From contig OX597816.1 of NCBI GenBank assembly GCA_951406725.2, positions 141,112,001-141,176,000 on the forward strand: a stretch of DNA of 64,000 nt. The letters run 5' to 3'. This DNA comes from Octopus vulgaris (Eukaryota). The number at the start of each line of letters is the position of its first letter. Positions within the stretch are counted from its first letter, which is position 1. Both the position numbers and the translations under genes were made by a program. This document shows positions 1-12,600 of this stretch, piece after piece. A model generated the notes under the pieces. The model was not told the DNA's origin and did no database searches. It saw only the letters and a list, made by a program, of their open reading frames with translations.

Positions 1-183
1 AAGAAATTTACCAAAAGTTTTCCTTTTGGTAAATTTCTTGTGTAAATTTCTTTGTCCCCTTTTCACCCTATAAAAACCGTTAATTCGTAATAACTATATT
101 TACCCATTCGATGACTCTTCCCTCTACTTTCTGAAACGCTCTCACTCCATCTCCCAACAAATTAATTTAGATATTCTTTGTAT

Positions 184-2470
184 TTAGATCCAGTCCGATT
201 TATGTTGAGACCTTTCAGTGGTAATGGATCCGCTGGAACTCAGCTCTGGGATTTCATTCCCTCTCCGGAACACCAACTCACCCGATCTATCTCTTCGTAG
301 CTTCAGCCCCAGTGCAGCTCCCACTTCCATCGACTCCGGTGGCTTCGCAATCAGTCCGAACTTCTCCAGATGTCTAACTACCACGTTGGCTGGCACTACA
401 GTTTCGTCCACCAAAATGTCGTCAATGTAGGAACTGGTGGCCTTTCTAATCTTGCCGTCTTTCCCTAGGACGGACTTAAGCACTGCCGCCATGATCTTCG
501 GAGCGGAATTCAGTCCGAAACCCACCCTGGTTAAACAGTACGTCCGGCCTTTGTACCGCACCAGTTTGTCGCTCACATGGAGCTGCAAGTATACCGATTT
601 CAAGTCGACAATCGTCGCTGCCTTGGTCGACTGTCTCCACGCACGTAACGTCTCGCCACAAACGTCTGTCGCCTCACCTCCCGTGTGACACGATATATGC
701 TGGTTTAGCTCCCTGAAGTCCAGTACCGGTCTGACTTCTCGCTTCGTAGGCTGCACCACCACCATCAGGGGTAGTACTCCGCTCGCTACCTCCTCCTCAC
801 AAGGGACAAGGACCCCTTCCTCGATCCACCTCTCCACCTCGTCTTCAAACTCGACCCTGGCGTGACCTTTCAGGGTATGCTGGTAGCAGCTCACTCTGTT
901 TTTCAGCATCGGGGGCTCGTCCTTCCATCGCCACTCTATCGTCCACCGCTGACCATCGAACGCCGCCTGAAAATCTTTGTCCTCGATGGTGTAAGCGGCG
1001 CAGTCCCTCGCGAGGCTCTTCTCTCTGGCGATCCTGACTCGCAGTGCACGACGCCCCCACGCTTCTGAACGTGACCTCATCTCCCACAATAGTGACGCCA
1101 CCGAGGCGGTTGATGGCGTCCATCCCCATCACCACATCAACCCCGTCCATCACGCGTTCAGTCACAATTACCTGCAGCCTTAGCGTCGCGCCTCGCACCA
1201 CTCTCTTTACCTTGTTGCTGCCTTTGCAACGGATTTCGTTGCCGTCGACCGCCCGAACGCTACTTGCCCCATTCCATTTCTTCGTTACCCTTGAAGTCAC
1301 AAGGGTGGTCGTGCAACCCGTATCCACGAGAGCCTTGAACGTCTTCCCCTCGGCCTCGACATCAATTAATGGCAGCGTCTCCAAAAGCGCCTCTGCTCGT
1401 TTACGGGGAAAGTTCGAGAGGCAGCAACTTCCCCGCTGTCGTTTCCCTGGTTGCAATCACGGGCGATGTGCCCTGTCTGCCTGCATCGATAACAAACGGG
1501 CCGCGGTTGCGTTCACTCCCTCGCCATGTGCGACCCCTGACATCTAAAACACCGACCTGAGAACGGCCGCTGTCGTTGCACGGTAGGCTTCTGCACGTCT
1601 TTCTCCGGCCGTCGTCCGTCTTTACGCACCTCCATTACCGCCATCGCTATCGCATTCCGCCCAGTGTGTCGCGTTAACACGCGGACTTAAGTCACAAGTT
1701 CGCTCAGCGCCATCTTTTTACTCCCGGGCAATTGTTGTAGGTGAATCCCTACGCCGTCGGGGAACCCATTTACGAACGCCAGTCGCGCTGCTCTCTCCAG
1801 CCCTTCTCCTGTAAACCCAGCCAGCGTGGCTAACCTTCGAACTTCTGCCACGTATTCGTCCACCTGTCCTCCCGTCCATCTAATCGTACCCAGCTTAGCA
1901 AAAGCTGTATACTCACGCTCAGTGTAAGCATCTCTCAGTCGTTGCTCTATCTTCTCCTCGCTCAGACGTTCTTCCTCGTCCATCTCAAGATGTAGCGTCA
2001 ACGCGCTCCCTTCCAAATACAGCGCCATAAGACTTGCCACAACGCTTATGCCTTGCAGTCTTGCCACCAGCCTGATTTTACGTATCTAGGCCACTACATC
2101 GCTTTCACCATTAAAGGGTCTGATAATATCGCTGACGATCCTGATTTTCGCTGCCATCGTGGTGACGCCTTATATGGAGCGCCGAAATAGCTTGTGGTGT
2201 ACGCGAGAGATTCGAAATAAAGGCACCTATCTTCTCTTCGCTCAGACGGAGACCCTTCAGCGGTAATGGATCCTTCAACGCAACCCGATCCGAACACTAG
2301 AAATAGCAGCTGCTGCTCCCCTACCTTAACAACATGCTCACGCGTCTTACTCCCTCGGTGACTTCGATCGAAAAGCCCGAATCCTGCGCTATCAGCGCGC
2401 GCGTCACTCCTGTCCCTTCCGGTCATCCCCAAGTTCCGGTCAGCTCCCCACCTGCTGACGTCATCCCACA
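184..2470 (-). mobile_element. 3'-truncated Ty3/Gypsy LTR retrotransposon (LTR, gag with CCHC knuckle, protease, RT)
   Basis: GC-rich island. LTR 2470-2193 (TGTGG...CCACA); gag ORF pieces; CYRCRQTGHIARDC near 1455-1495; protease ALVDTGC; RT motifs VRPVLDFRELN, VDLKSVY, FGLNSAP, YIDD. Frameshifts present; RNase H and integrase missing. Confidence 0.9.
2193..2470 (-). repeat. 5' LTR of the minus-strand Gypsy element (278 bp)
   Basis: 5-bp terminal inverted repeat TGTGG/CCACA, directly upstream of gag. Confidence 0.75.
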
Positions 2471-2603
2471 TAACCAAAGATTGAAACTTGAGTCTTTGCA
2501 TACGTTTCCTTGGTTCACTAAATGTGTACTTAAAGTTCATTCGTTTAATTTGTCCGAAAGTCGCCAATATCATAGATGAAACTGGGGCGGAACTATATAA
2601 ACC

Positions 2604-3070
2604 TGTAGTGACGCTACTGTGTAAGCTTCAGCGCACATGCGCAGAATTGGATTACTTCCGGTTGGCCACCGGAAGTTTTCCTCATGCGCATGTGCAGGAA
2701 CTGAAACCTAAAAGCCTGACCGCTGAATCGGCCTTTCTGGCATGAGCAGCGCTAGCGGTCGGACGTGGCTTGACTTTCTCTCAGGGAACAATCCTACACT
2801 CAGAGAACCTCACCCCAACGAAGCGGGAGCGAACCGATGAATCGTCTTGACTCGCACGAGAAAGCATCGCAACCGGTCCTGCGGATTCGGCGGCCGGTTT
2901 CCCTACTAGAGATACACGTGCACTAGTTCTTACCTGTAACCGCAGAATAAACCACCACTTACTGTTATCGAAGACCGCCTGACTTTGTCTCTGTTTATTC
3001 AACTTAAATTGTATGTGACAGGATCAGATCGGACACTCCTCCAGAGTTCCTGAACTCTCATCCTGTTACA
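2604..3070. mobile_element. Solo LTR (467 bp) with 4-bp target-site duplication
   Basis: TGTA...TACA ends; AACC at 2600-2603 and 3071-3074; AATAAA at 2946 (+) and 2994-2999 (-); CpG-rich relative to flanks. Confidence 0.8.
2633..2695. promoter_or_regulatory. Palindromic NRF1-like/ETS/ETS/NRF1-like motif cassette inside the solo LTR
   Basis: GCACATGCGCA(2633-2643) ACTTCCGGT(2654-2662) ACCGGAAGT(2668-2676) TGCGCATGTGC(2685-2695). Confidence 0.5.
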
Positions 3071-3414
3071 AACCTAATTCACTCTAATTACATTGATCTA
3101 ATTAAGCTTTGGGCCAAGTATTTATTTGCGATCCCCGTGAAAATATAGTTTCCTTCCATCAGAGAACATTGCACCATAACTAGTTAAGAAGCTTTTTCCA
3201 CGCGAACCTTGAAATATTTATTCAAACGCTTATTGGCAGATTACCGTAAAGTTACTAGACAAAAGAATTGTACAATGTGAATTGTCTGTTATTATAATAC
3301 AAACTCATTTTTCCAACTCGTCACAGCTGTGCTTATTTACGTGACAATTAAAGAAAACTTAGAATAAGTTGACTACCTTCCATCACTACCCCCAATAAAT
3401 ATTTATGTTGCACC

Positions 3415-4790
3415 TGGGGATCCCTGTCAATCATGCAGTCTTTACAATAATCAGACTTTCTGCGAACACTCCGTCCAACCTATATATCATACAGTACACA
3501 AAACATCGACACCTCCATTTGCAGATATAGCAACTACGCAGTCAGCAATTACTTTAAATGTACCTAAAGGATCCTGCTCTATTGATCGCACACATCGAAA
3601 CAGTTTGTTGCAAATCGGATCGTTAGCGATGCGACCCAAACGCTTCGCCTTCACCTTACATTATCGTGGAAGTTCATGATTTGGTGATGGCTACGCTCAA
3701 CATAGTCCCGTATGAGATGCTATGAAAGAGACTCATAAAACACACTTTCGTTTCACAGCATAAAATGGACCTCGCCAACACCTAATAGTGGAAGAACTGG
3801 GTGATAAGAAACCGTCACAGCTCCTATGACGAATGAAACTCCTTAAAGAAAACACACTTCTAGGTGAAATATTTAAACAACCATTCCTGAAGTGACTTCC
3901 TTCTATTATGTGTCTACTAAGGAGTTTACATTGCGGAGTTGGCCGAGTTGGTGGACAGAATCGCAGAGGGTGCAAACTCTTTTTTCAACTGAGACTCAGA
4001 TTATACCCACCATACTTCCACAAATCATTTCAGTGATAGAGCAAACCGTACAGATTCCACGCAGATGGCGCAAGTTCAAGCATTGTCACCTCACAACACA
4101 TCTTGGTGCAGAAATAGCCGATCCTGGTGTTTAGCTCACCGGCATTCTTGAAATCCCAGTTACTTATCCAGCAAGTACCATTGTAGATTCAGCATGTACA
4201 CTCGCTATTGAGAATCATTTCGTTCTTTTTAATTTTTTTTTTCAAGAGACACTTCTTTCTTTCCGGAATACAAAACAGCCAGGGTCTAAAGGCAATAAGT
4301 GCGCCTGGCTATCATTAACGACCGTTCCAGAGCAGTCGCTTTTTAGGGAAGCGGCACAAGCGCCGAAGTTAGCATTAACCAGTTTCTGTTTATTAAAAAA
4401 CCCGTACAAAGTCTATATTTTTGAAGGTCGATCTAATGAGGGCATGCAACCAAATTCCTGTTGAGTCTGCAGATATTCCATAAACGCAATTACTACACTT
4501 TTTGAATTGTTTGAATTCCTATTTTGATCTACGTAATGCGGCGCAGATATTCCAGTGTTTTATCGATACTGTGACATGCGGTTCGCCTTTTCTCTATGCA
4601 TGTATATCGATGGTTTTCTGATAGCAAACAATACTGAAGACGAACACAAAATAGCATCTGTATCTGCTTTTCGGGTACGGCATCATTATTAGGTCCAACA
4701 AATGTGTATTTAGAGGTGTCTTTGTCATTCCTCGGACACATCATCAACAAGGAACTTGTAGCAGAATGTATTGACAAAAGCATAAATGAC
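3415..4790 (+). mobile_element. Old, degenerate Ty3/Gypsy remnant (CsRn1-like gag-protease-RT)
   Basis: Broken frames give gag EELGDKKPSQLL*RMKLL (near 3790), protease-like GTSAEVSI (near 4360), RT LRNAAQIFQCFIDTV (near 4530) and LSFLGHII (near 4725). TGGGGATCCC at 3415 resembles the tRNA-Trp PBS TGGTGACCCC. Confidence 0.8.
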
Positions 4791-4902
4791 AAACAATTCT
4801 CTCTCCCTTTTATTTATAGTTGTTGTTTGAACGTAGCAGAGAACACTTGCTATAAAGACCATGTTTTAACTATTTGCTCTGATATATGGAATATATGGAC
4901 AA

Positions 4903-5093
4903 GGGGGTGCTGAAAGATTCCTGGCTCTGGGTAAAAGAAAATACAGTTATGATTTTATTCAACGTTTCCCTCTCAGATTCACACATTTATTGCAGTGGTT
5001 CTTCAGTTTTTCTAAGCCCTATAAAAGATCTCGGAAGTTTGGACCTCCAACCAGGCCTTTCATAATACCCTTAAAGCCAAGAACTTTTCAACA
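4903..5093. mobile_element. Tc1/mariner-type MITE
   Basis: TIRs GGGGTGCTGAAAGATTCCTGGCT / AGCCAAGAACTTTTCAACAC; a related copy lies in opposite orientation at about 41195-41408. Confidence 0.7.
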
Positions 5094-5362
5094 CAATATA
5101 TAGGCGGTGCTCCAGCATGGCTGCAGTCAAATGACTGAAACAGGTAAAAGAATATAGATAGATAAAATTGTTGAAAATGCACAAGAGAATAATTTTAATC
5201 TTTTTAGACAAATTAAAGAAAAAAAATCTAGTATAATATTTTAACTTAATTTGTCCAAAAACATTACAATAATTCTGTTGATGTTACTATGTTTTCATCC
5301 ATATTTTATTTATACAACACATGTACATAAACCTCTAACCGTTTTTTACTACACACATGCAT

Positions 5363-5690
5363 CACCATCATCAACATTTAATGTCTGTTTTACATGCTAG
5401 CATGAATTGGATGGCTGAACAAGAATTGGTAAGGCCAGGGGCTGCACCAGGTTCCAATCTGTTTTGGCTTGGTTTTCTACAGCCGGATGCCCTTCCTAAT
5501 GCCGAACCACCTAACATAGTATTCTAGGTACTTTTTACATGGCACCATCACCAGTGCTTTTTATGTGACACCAGCACCCATGCCAATGCTTTTTACATGG
5601 CACTTTGATTTTAGGATCCCAATTCAATTCTGGTGTAGTGGGTGGGTCTTCTTGAGTACAGCAATGCACCACATATCTAAGTCCTCTGTC
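5363..5690 (-). mobile_element. SINE with (GAT)n/RTE-like 3' tail (family with many copies in window)
   Basis: Shared blocks GGAAGGGCATCCAGCTGTAGAAAC, CCAACCCATGCTAGCATGGAAA and a GATGAT tail. Other copies at about 13042-13395, 21170-21902, 47470-47876, 50455-50790, 52350-52560, 55700-56044, 59785-60030 and 60177-60540. Confidence 0.75.
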
Positions 5691-6916
5691 ACACACACAT
5701 ATTTGCATATATCATATATATATATATATGCAAATATGTGGATTTGTATCCATTTGACTAACCTATAGTTTATAATGCCTACACTGTGTAAGCAAATATT
5801 CTCTTCACACAGAAAAATAGGGCTGATTGGCTACTTATTCACATATACATATGCGGCACTAACCCATAAACGCATTAATACATAGCCCAGTTTTCAATTT
5901 CCAATAAAAACAAGTGTATTACTTGTTTTGGAAAATCTTGAATATCACTTCTATTTTCCTGATTGTATTCATGTTTCATGAGGAAGAAATACCCCATGGT
6001 TTATGAAGCAACTACTTGTTTGAAAGGTTTAGATTAGAGTTGCTGTAGTAACTAGGCCCCTTGATTTTTAATTCTTTGCCTGCCCTGTGTATCACCTCTG
6101 ATATACAGGTCATATTTCCCTTGTATATTGCATTATATATGATACACATTCCCATTTCATTTCAACTTGCAGAGTACCGTGAGACTTATGAAAGGACAGC
6201 TTTACATTACTCAAAACATATGAAACAAGGGCTAACTAAAAGTCCGAAAACAAACATGGATGGTTAAGACAAACTTATGAAAATGCTCTGGACAGGCAGT
6301 GTTAAGGCTTCCTCAATGACCTATGATGATCCTTCTAAAAGATTAGAAATACTGAGTCTTTGAATTCACTTTTGCTATATTTCTCAAAATAATATGTTAG
6401 TTTCCTTTCAAATAATTCTTTATTAATGTTTAATACTCAGAATATTTTTTAAATACCAGAACATAAAGATAATATTGCAAGTGAAATGTGTCACCTGTCT
6501 GAAGAAATTGGTTGGTTGAGTTTCTTGTGCTTGATAACTCAGTAGAATCGATGGTAGTTATAGGTGAAAGAGGCATACAGGCAAAAAGCAAGTTATCCAA
6601 AGACAACCTCAATCAATCACCTCTGCTTGACCAAACACAGATGTTGTCAATCATAAATCAGCCCTGAGTAGAACTATAACCACTGTTCCTTATTTTTTTT
6701 TTTAACAGGAATAACATCGTACTCTGTACTATGTTAATTAATGTCTTACCTTATTTTTAAAGATGGCTGAGAATGATTTGAGGGAAGTTTGATTGTTATT
6801 TCTAGCTACCTGAGCAGAGACTCCCTCAGTGACACACTAGCACAACATAGATGTTCGAGTGAAGCATTAGTTCATTATTTTACATCTTGAAATATCTTTA
6901 AAATTTTTTTATTTAA

Positions 6917-7136
6917 CCCTTTCGTTACCAACCCGGCTGAAACCGGCTCTAGCTCTGAGTAAAAATATCTTCTTTTCATAAGTTTTGAATTAAAATCTTC
7001 CACCAAATCTTAGTCACAATTTATGTTCCTATCACTAGCTTAATGATAACTAAGTTATTTTGCTAAATTCTTTGTTATATTTAAAGTAATTGAAAGAAAC
7101 ACAGAGCATCTTAAAATAAATACAGTAACAAAAGGG
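6917..7136. mobile_element. piggyBac-type MITE
   Basis: TTAA-CCCTTTCGTTAC...GTAACAAAAGGG-TTAA. Confidence 0.8.
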
Positions 7137-8617
7137 TTAAAGACACCATGTAGTTGATGTGGCTGCTAAAATTTCAGGAAGAGACAAATGAAAGCATGGT
7201 GTGAGACTAATGCCATCTAAGTGAATAAAACACACTTAAAACAAGGAGTTCAATAGAATATCTAAGATTTAACATACTGAGAGTTTGTCTCTGTGTTAAC
7301 AAGAAAAGAGTTCATATTAAAAACAAAATATTTTCAAGGCATTTAATTGCTTTATTTCATCAATAGTTCAATAAATAAATACATTTGTATTAGGAAGATT
7401 TGAATATCAGGTGTCACAGTGAGCAGAAGTGATGACACCTGGTGAAGGAAAATACCAACACTGTCAACATGGCACACGGTCATTGTGATGTTAGGAATAG
7501 AAATCAGTTTAATTAGTAATTGTGATTAGGAAAACTTCGTTAACTTGAAAATGTGTCAACATATGGATTCCAAACCTACAGAAATATTATAAAGTACCAA
7601 CAACTATTTTATGGAACCAGATATGGAGTTAGATCATTGTTAGGGTCCAAAATGACACCCAACTGCCAACAGAAACAACAGGATTAACAGCAGAGAATGA
7701 ATAAAATTTCATTAAAGAAAAAAAAAATAAGGAAAAAAAAGTAATGTTACAGAATTGAGCTGTATACCACAACCCAATAATACTTCATTGTAAAACCTTC
7801 CTTTAGTTTGTATAATGTACACTGTGTGTGAGTCAATATTGAAAAGACTATCTCTGAAAGACAAAGTCTTAAAACTTGGCACTCTACTTCTGAGCAAAAT
7901 AGCTTTCTGATATTAAAGAAATACACACACACACACACACATATATCTTTCAAATCCTTAAATTCATCTTTCTCTAATAACCTCATAGATTGTAATGGAT
8001 TAAAAAGAAGTAACCTTTCTCATTCGGAGACACCATTAATTAACATATTTAGGCAGGAAGAGAGATCAAATACTTAAAAGTCTTGAAATGGGTATTAACA
8101 GCTGTTATTGTGTTTTGATAAGCCATGTTAATTGTAGTTTTATAGTCTTCACCAGGGACGGGGGTTAAGTTTTAATTGTTGTAGAAGGATGTGAAGTATG
8201 ATAATTTGATGGAATACTAAACTAGGTATTTTATAGCTAAATGATCAGGAGCTTTACATCCTGATTTGGCTAACTAAGCCAATTATCCTTGTTAATTGAA
8301 AGAACAAATAGCATATGAGAATAATGGAAAAATATCCAGTTTACACTAAACTTACTGATAAATTATTTCTAACATAGGGACAAGGTTACAAATCCTGAGA
8401 AAAGGTACAGTCAAGCCTGGAATTTGATTGTTATTATTTTATTCACTCCAAAAGGATGAAAGGCAAAGCCAATCTTGATAGAATTTGAAATCAGGACATA
8501 AAAAAGAATGCATCTAAATATTGGAAGGCAGTTAATCAATTGCTCTCCTATTTCTGCCATCCACCACTCAGAAGCCAGTAATGATGATGAAAAGCAAAAC
8601 AAGAAAGTATGGATGGA

Positions 8618-8699
8618 TGAATGAATGAATAAATGAATGAATGAATGAATGAATGAATGAATGAATGAATGAATGAATGAATGAATGAATGAATGAATG
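8618..8699 (+). repeat. (GAAT)n microsatellite
   Basis: About 20 near-perfect units. Confidence 0.95.
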
Positions 8700-9298
8700 C
8701 AGTAAGGAAGTAACTTGGCAACAAAATGTAACTTGCAACTATGAAGTTATACTCAGTTCACCCCTACAACCATTTCATATTGAGAATGAAAGGAAAAGTG
8801 ATTTGAAGATGAATTAAAAAAATGGAATGTGGAAACAAGATACTGTGAAATGTATTTAAACCTATTACTGCTGAGTAAAGATCTTTATAGTAAACAACAT
8901 TTTACACAGATTGGTCTAATGCCAAAAGTAGTACAGATTGTTTAGAAAACTGGAATGATGCACTAGCAAAGGATGAATTAGGTGATAATAGTATCAAAGT
9001 AATTTAAAACAGGGTTTATTGTATTTCCTTTTCTGTTTTGCTTTTAATTTAAAATATACTGGCAAATGGTTTCCATACTGAATTATAAGAACAAGGATTA
9101 AAGAGTTCCATCAATAAAACTGCAATGTATTTAAAAACTGGATATATATCACTCAGCTTGCCTTGGCTAATAAGAAATATTCCAGTTATTGGTGGTTAGT
9201 ATCAGGAAAAGGATTCAGATGAAAACATTTTTTTCTCTATAAGATGTAACAGAGTATAGTGTTTCCATGGAAACGTTCATAATTAAGTCATTCTTTAA

Positions 9299-9655
9299 CC
9301 CTTTAGCATTCAGATTATTATATCATAATGTAATGCTTATGCATTCACACTGTTTCAACTTAATCATGCATTATCTCATAACTTTGAGACTTCAATGATG
9401 TGATTGTTTACTTTTAGAGTACCATTGTAGGGTAGGTGTGAGAGTTTGGATCTGGTCATCATCTTCATTTAATGTCTGTTTGCCATACTGGCATGAGTTG
9501 GATGGTTTGACAGAAGCTGACCAGCTGAAGGGCTTTTCAGGCTCCCGGTCTGTTTTGGCATGGTTTCTATGGCTAGATGCCCTTCTTAATGTCAATTTGA
9601 TCACAAAACAGGTAAAATATTTTGGCCTGATTTGGCCAGTTTAAATGTCAAAGGG
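9299..9655. mobile_element. piggyBac-type MITE with nested SINE fragment (about 9455-9590)
   Basis: TTAA-CCCTTTAGCATT...TGTCAAAGGG-TTAA; related copies at about 17835-18004 and (partial) 25735-25785. Confidence 0.7.
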
Positions 9656-12600
9656 TTAAACCCAGTTATTCAGGAAGTAATATGTTGGAGTGTTAATTAA
9701 ATCCTTTACCATCTGACAAAAACTTCAACAGGATACAGTTCCCTGGATAAAAAGCTATCAGGGAATATAAACTACTTTTATTCAAGAACAACAAAGAATA
9801 GGAACTCAATGTAAATCAGTTTGGTGTAGAGAGAGTTTGATGTAAAACCATGCCAGCATGGTTCAATCTAGTCAACTGGTAAAGTACAATAAACTAAGTC
9901 AGCTTAGGGTTGTTATGACCTTATTGGCATGGATTAGTTAACTTAGCAACAAATCAGTTTAACTACATAATGACACATTTAGCTAACACAGTAACAACAC
10001 ATCTGGTTTAGCTAATTTAGTAATGGTGTTGTAACTTGGTAAATAGAAAAAAAATTATCAATATTAAAAAATTGGAGCAGGGATGTGGTAGGTGAATACA
10101 ACTACAAACAACTTTACAATAAAGTAAAATAATATATGTGTATAAAAAGGCAAAACTTTAACACAAGCCACTATCAAAACTAAATATTAAAAATATGGAA
10201 AAGGAAGGAAAATTTACTTAAACAATCCTGCTGAAGATAAAATCAATTACTAGAAGTAGAGTTTGCCAATAGGCACATTTGAGAATGGCAAGGCAAGAAT
10301 TACCATGGTTGGTTTTGTATATTTTAATGAGGTAGTGATATCTGAAGAATCTAGTGGCAGGAGGCATGAGAGAAAAATACTGCAAGTTCAAAATATGGTC
10401 AAAGGATTGCACTGAGGTTTGAAACGTTTACAGGCACCATAATGATCAGAGTGGTACAAAAACAAAAGAAAAAGAGAAAAAAGAAATGAGGTATAAAAAA
10501 AATTAAATAAAGATTATGTTAAAATTAACAACTGTATAATAGAATAAAAAATTACTTGTATAGTTAGAAAACACCAATGCTATTTTCACTAATAAAAAAA
10601 AAAATCGGTTTTCAAATTTCACTTTTTTAATAAAATATTACACATGTAATATATGATGCTTTTTGACTCGTAACTATATATTTTTCATTTCATTTAATTT
10701 CCTGTATGTTTATTTTAAAAGAAACACTAGAATAAGAAGAATTCTCCAATTGTCTTCAATTGCAATATTGTTACTCTAAGAAACAAGCAGTCATATTACT
10801 GTATTTACATATACACTAAGTTCTAAAAACGAGACTGAACTCATTTTTATGATAATTACATGGTACAGTTAATTCCCACATATTACTTAGGACTTTGTAT
10901 ATAATATGTAATTATAGAACAGAATAGTAAATGGCAGCCGAAGATGACTGGAGAACTTACAAAGAATAAAAGTAATTTCTTTTGCAATCAAAGAGTTAAT
11001 AGTCAGCAAGTATCAGATATTGTATGAAACTTCATCATGGAAACACAGAATTTTAATCACAATTGTGCTGTTTATAATGTTAAAAGGTGACTACATTATC
11101 ATTTTTCAATTGCCTGATCAGTATTTTGACCATTTAATGTAATAGAAATGTTATAATAGTCTAACTTTACTAGCCATGTGTTGAAGTCTATGCTTAAAAA
11201 GCCACATACAGGCTAGTTTCGATAACGAAAATGTGATTGAAAGTATACATCTAGTGAAAATATTGAACAATCATATAAAGTTTACACATAAGAAGCAAAT
11301 ACATTTGATGCGTTCTGCTGAACAGCACCTGAACGGTGAGTAAAAGGAAACAAAATATATAATGTATAAATACACGATTGAAGCAAATGTTTGGAAACAT
11401 TTACTGTGGCATATTTCAACAATGTTTAACACAAGAAAAAAGTAAAATCTCAGACAAATACTATGATTGATTGATTGATCTTCATCTACTTTCAAAATAC
11501 AATATTACCAGCAAATAAGATATAAAAAAAAGAGAGCTGGAGATAAAAAAAACATAATAATTTTAGTTTCTTGTAGGTTAATCTAGGATTGAACATTGTA
11601 AAGATGTTTATACTTGAAACAAAGAGAAGTGTACTGGTATAATACATTTGAGAGAGCATTATATCTGTTTATTTTCACTTTGTAAAAATAATAATCATAA
11701 AATAAAATAAGAAACACCAATAAATGAAACAGATATTTAGACATTTAATATACTTAAATATAATATATTAAAAGAAAATTTATTCTGGAGTCCAGATCTT
11801 CTTCACTAACATATACAGAATTTTGCAATAAATAATACAGAAGCTTTGTGAATGTCATTTTAATGAAGTGAATTTTTAACTTTCTTCATAACTAAACTGG
11901 TGTTAGAAAACTGACATCATAACAAAGGGCAGCTAAGTTTTTCAAAACAACGGTCACACATCCAAAAAAAATCACATATATAAGACACATTTCCTCTCAA
12001 CTCATTTTAACTTGTTGTCCACATTTAAAATTGTTAATTATATATTTAAAATAATAATTAAAATTTTCAATCAATTTTTCAATTTCAAAAGCACCATTTA
12101 GTTTCTGAATTCATTTCTAACCATGTTCACAATAATGATCACACTATAGCTATCAGCATCATCATCATCACCATCATTATTATTAATAATAATAATATTA
12201 TCATTTCATTGTCATCTAAAATAAATTATCAGTTTTAACATTATGTTTCAACAAGTTGAATTTGTGGCAAGTGTGATATATTCTAAAATTTGTCATTTCC
12301 AAACCATTCAACATATTAGAGTTTATATCAAGTGATGCTTCGCTTCTGTTTGCTTGATTCAATCAAATAAGATTTGCTTAATAGATTTTTTTTCTGTTCA
12401 GATATTCTCCAGCAGCGTTCAAAGAGTAATCCACTCAGAACAGATTAGCAGAAAAAATAGCAAGTTTATGCTGGAATGTTAACAAGAGCACAACAGAGAA
12501 ATGTCACTAGGCTATTGGAAACTGAAAAAGCAGAAGAGGGCTTCTAAGAGATAGAATTAAAGTTTGCTGCTAAAACAGCCTGGTTTACCAAATGGAAGAT

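Noticed and set aside
184-1101. DIRS-type assignment of the RT (FGLNSAP motif)
   Set aside because: The upstream aspartic protease, CCHC gag and TG..CA LTR indicate a Gypsy-type LTR element; no tyrosine recombinase was seen
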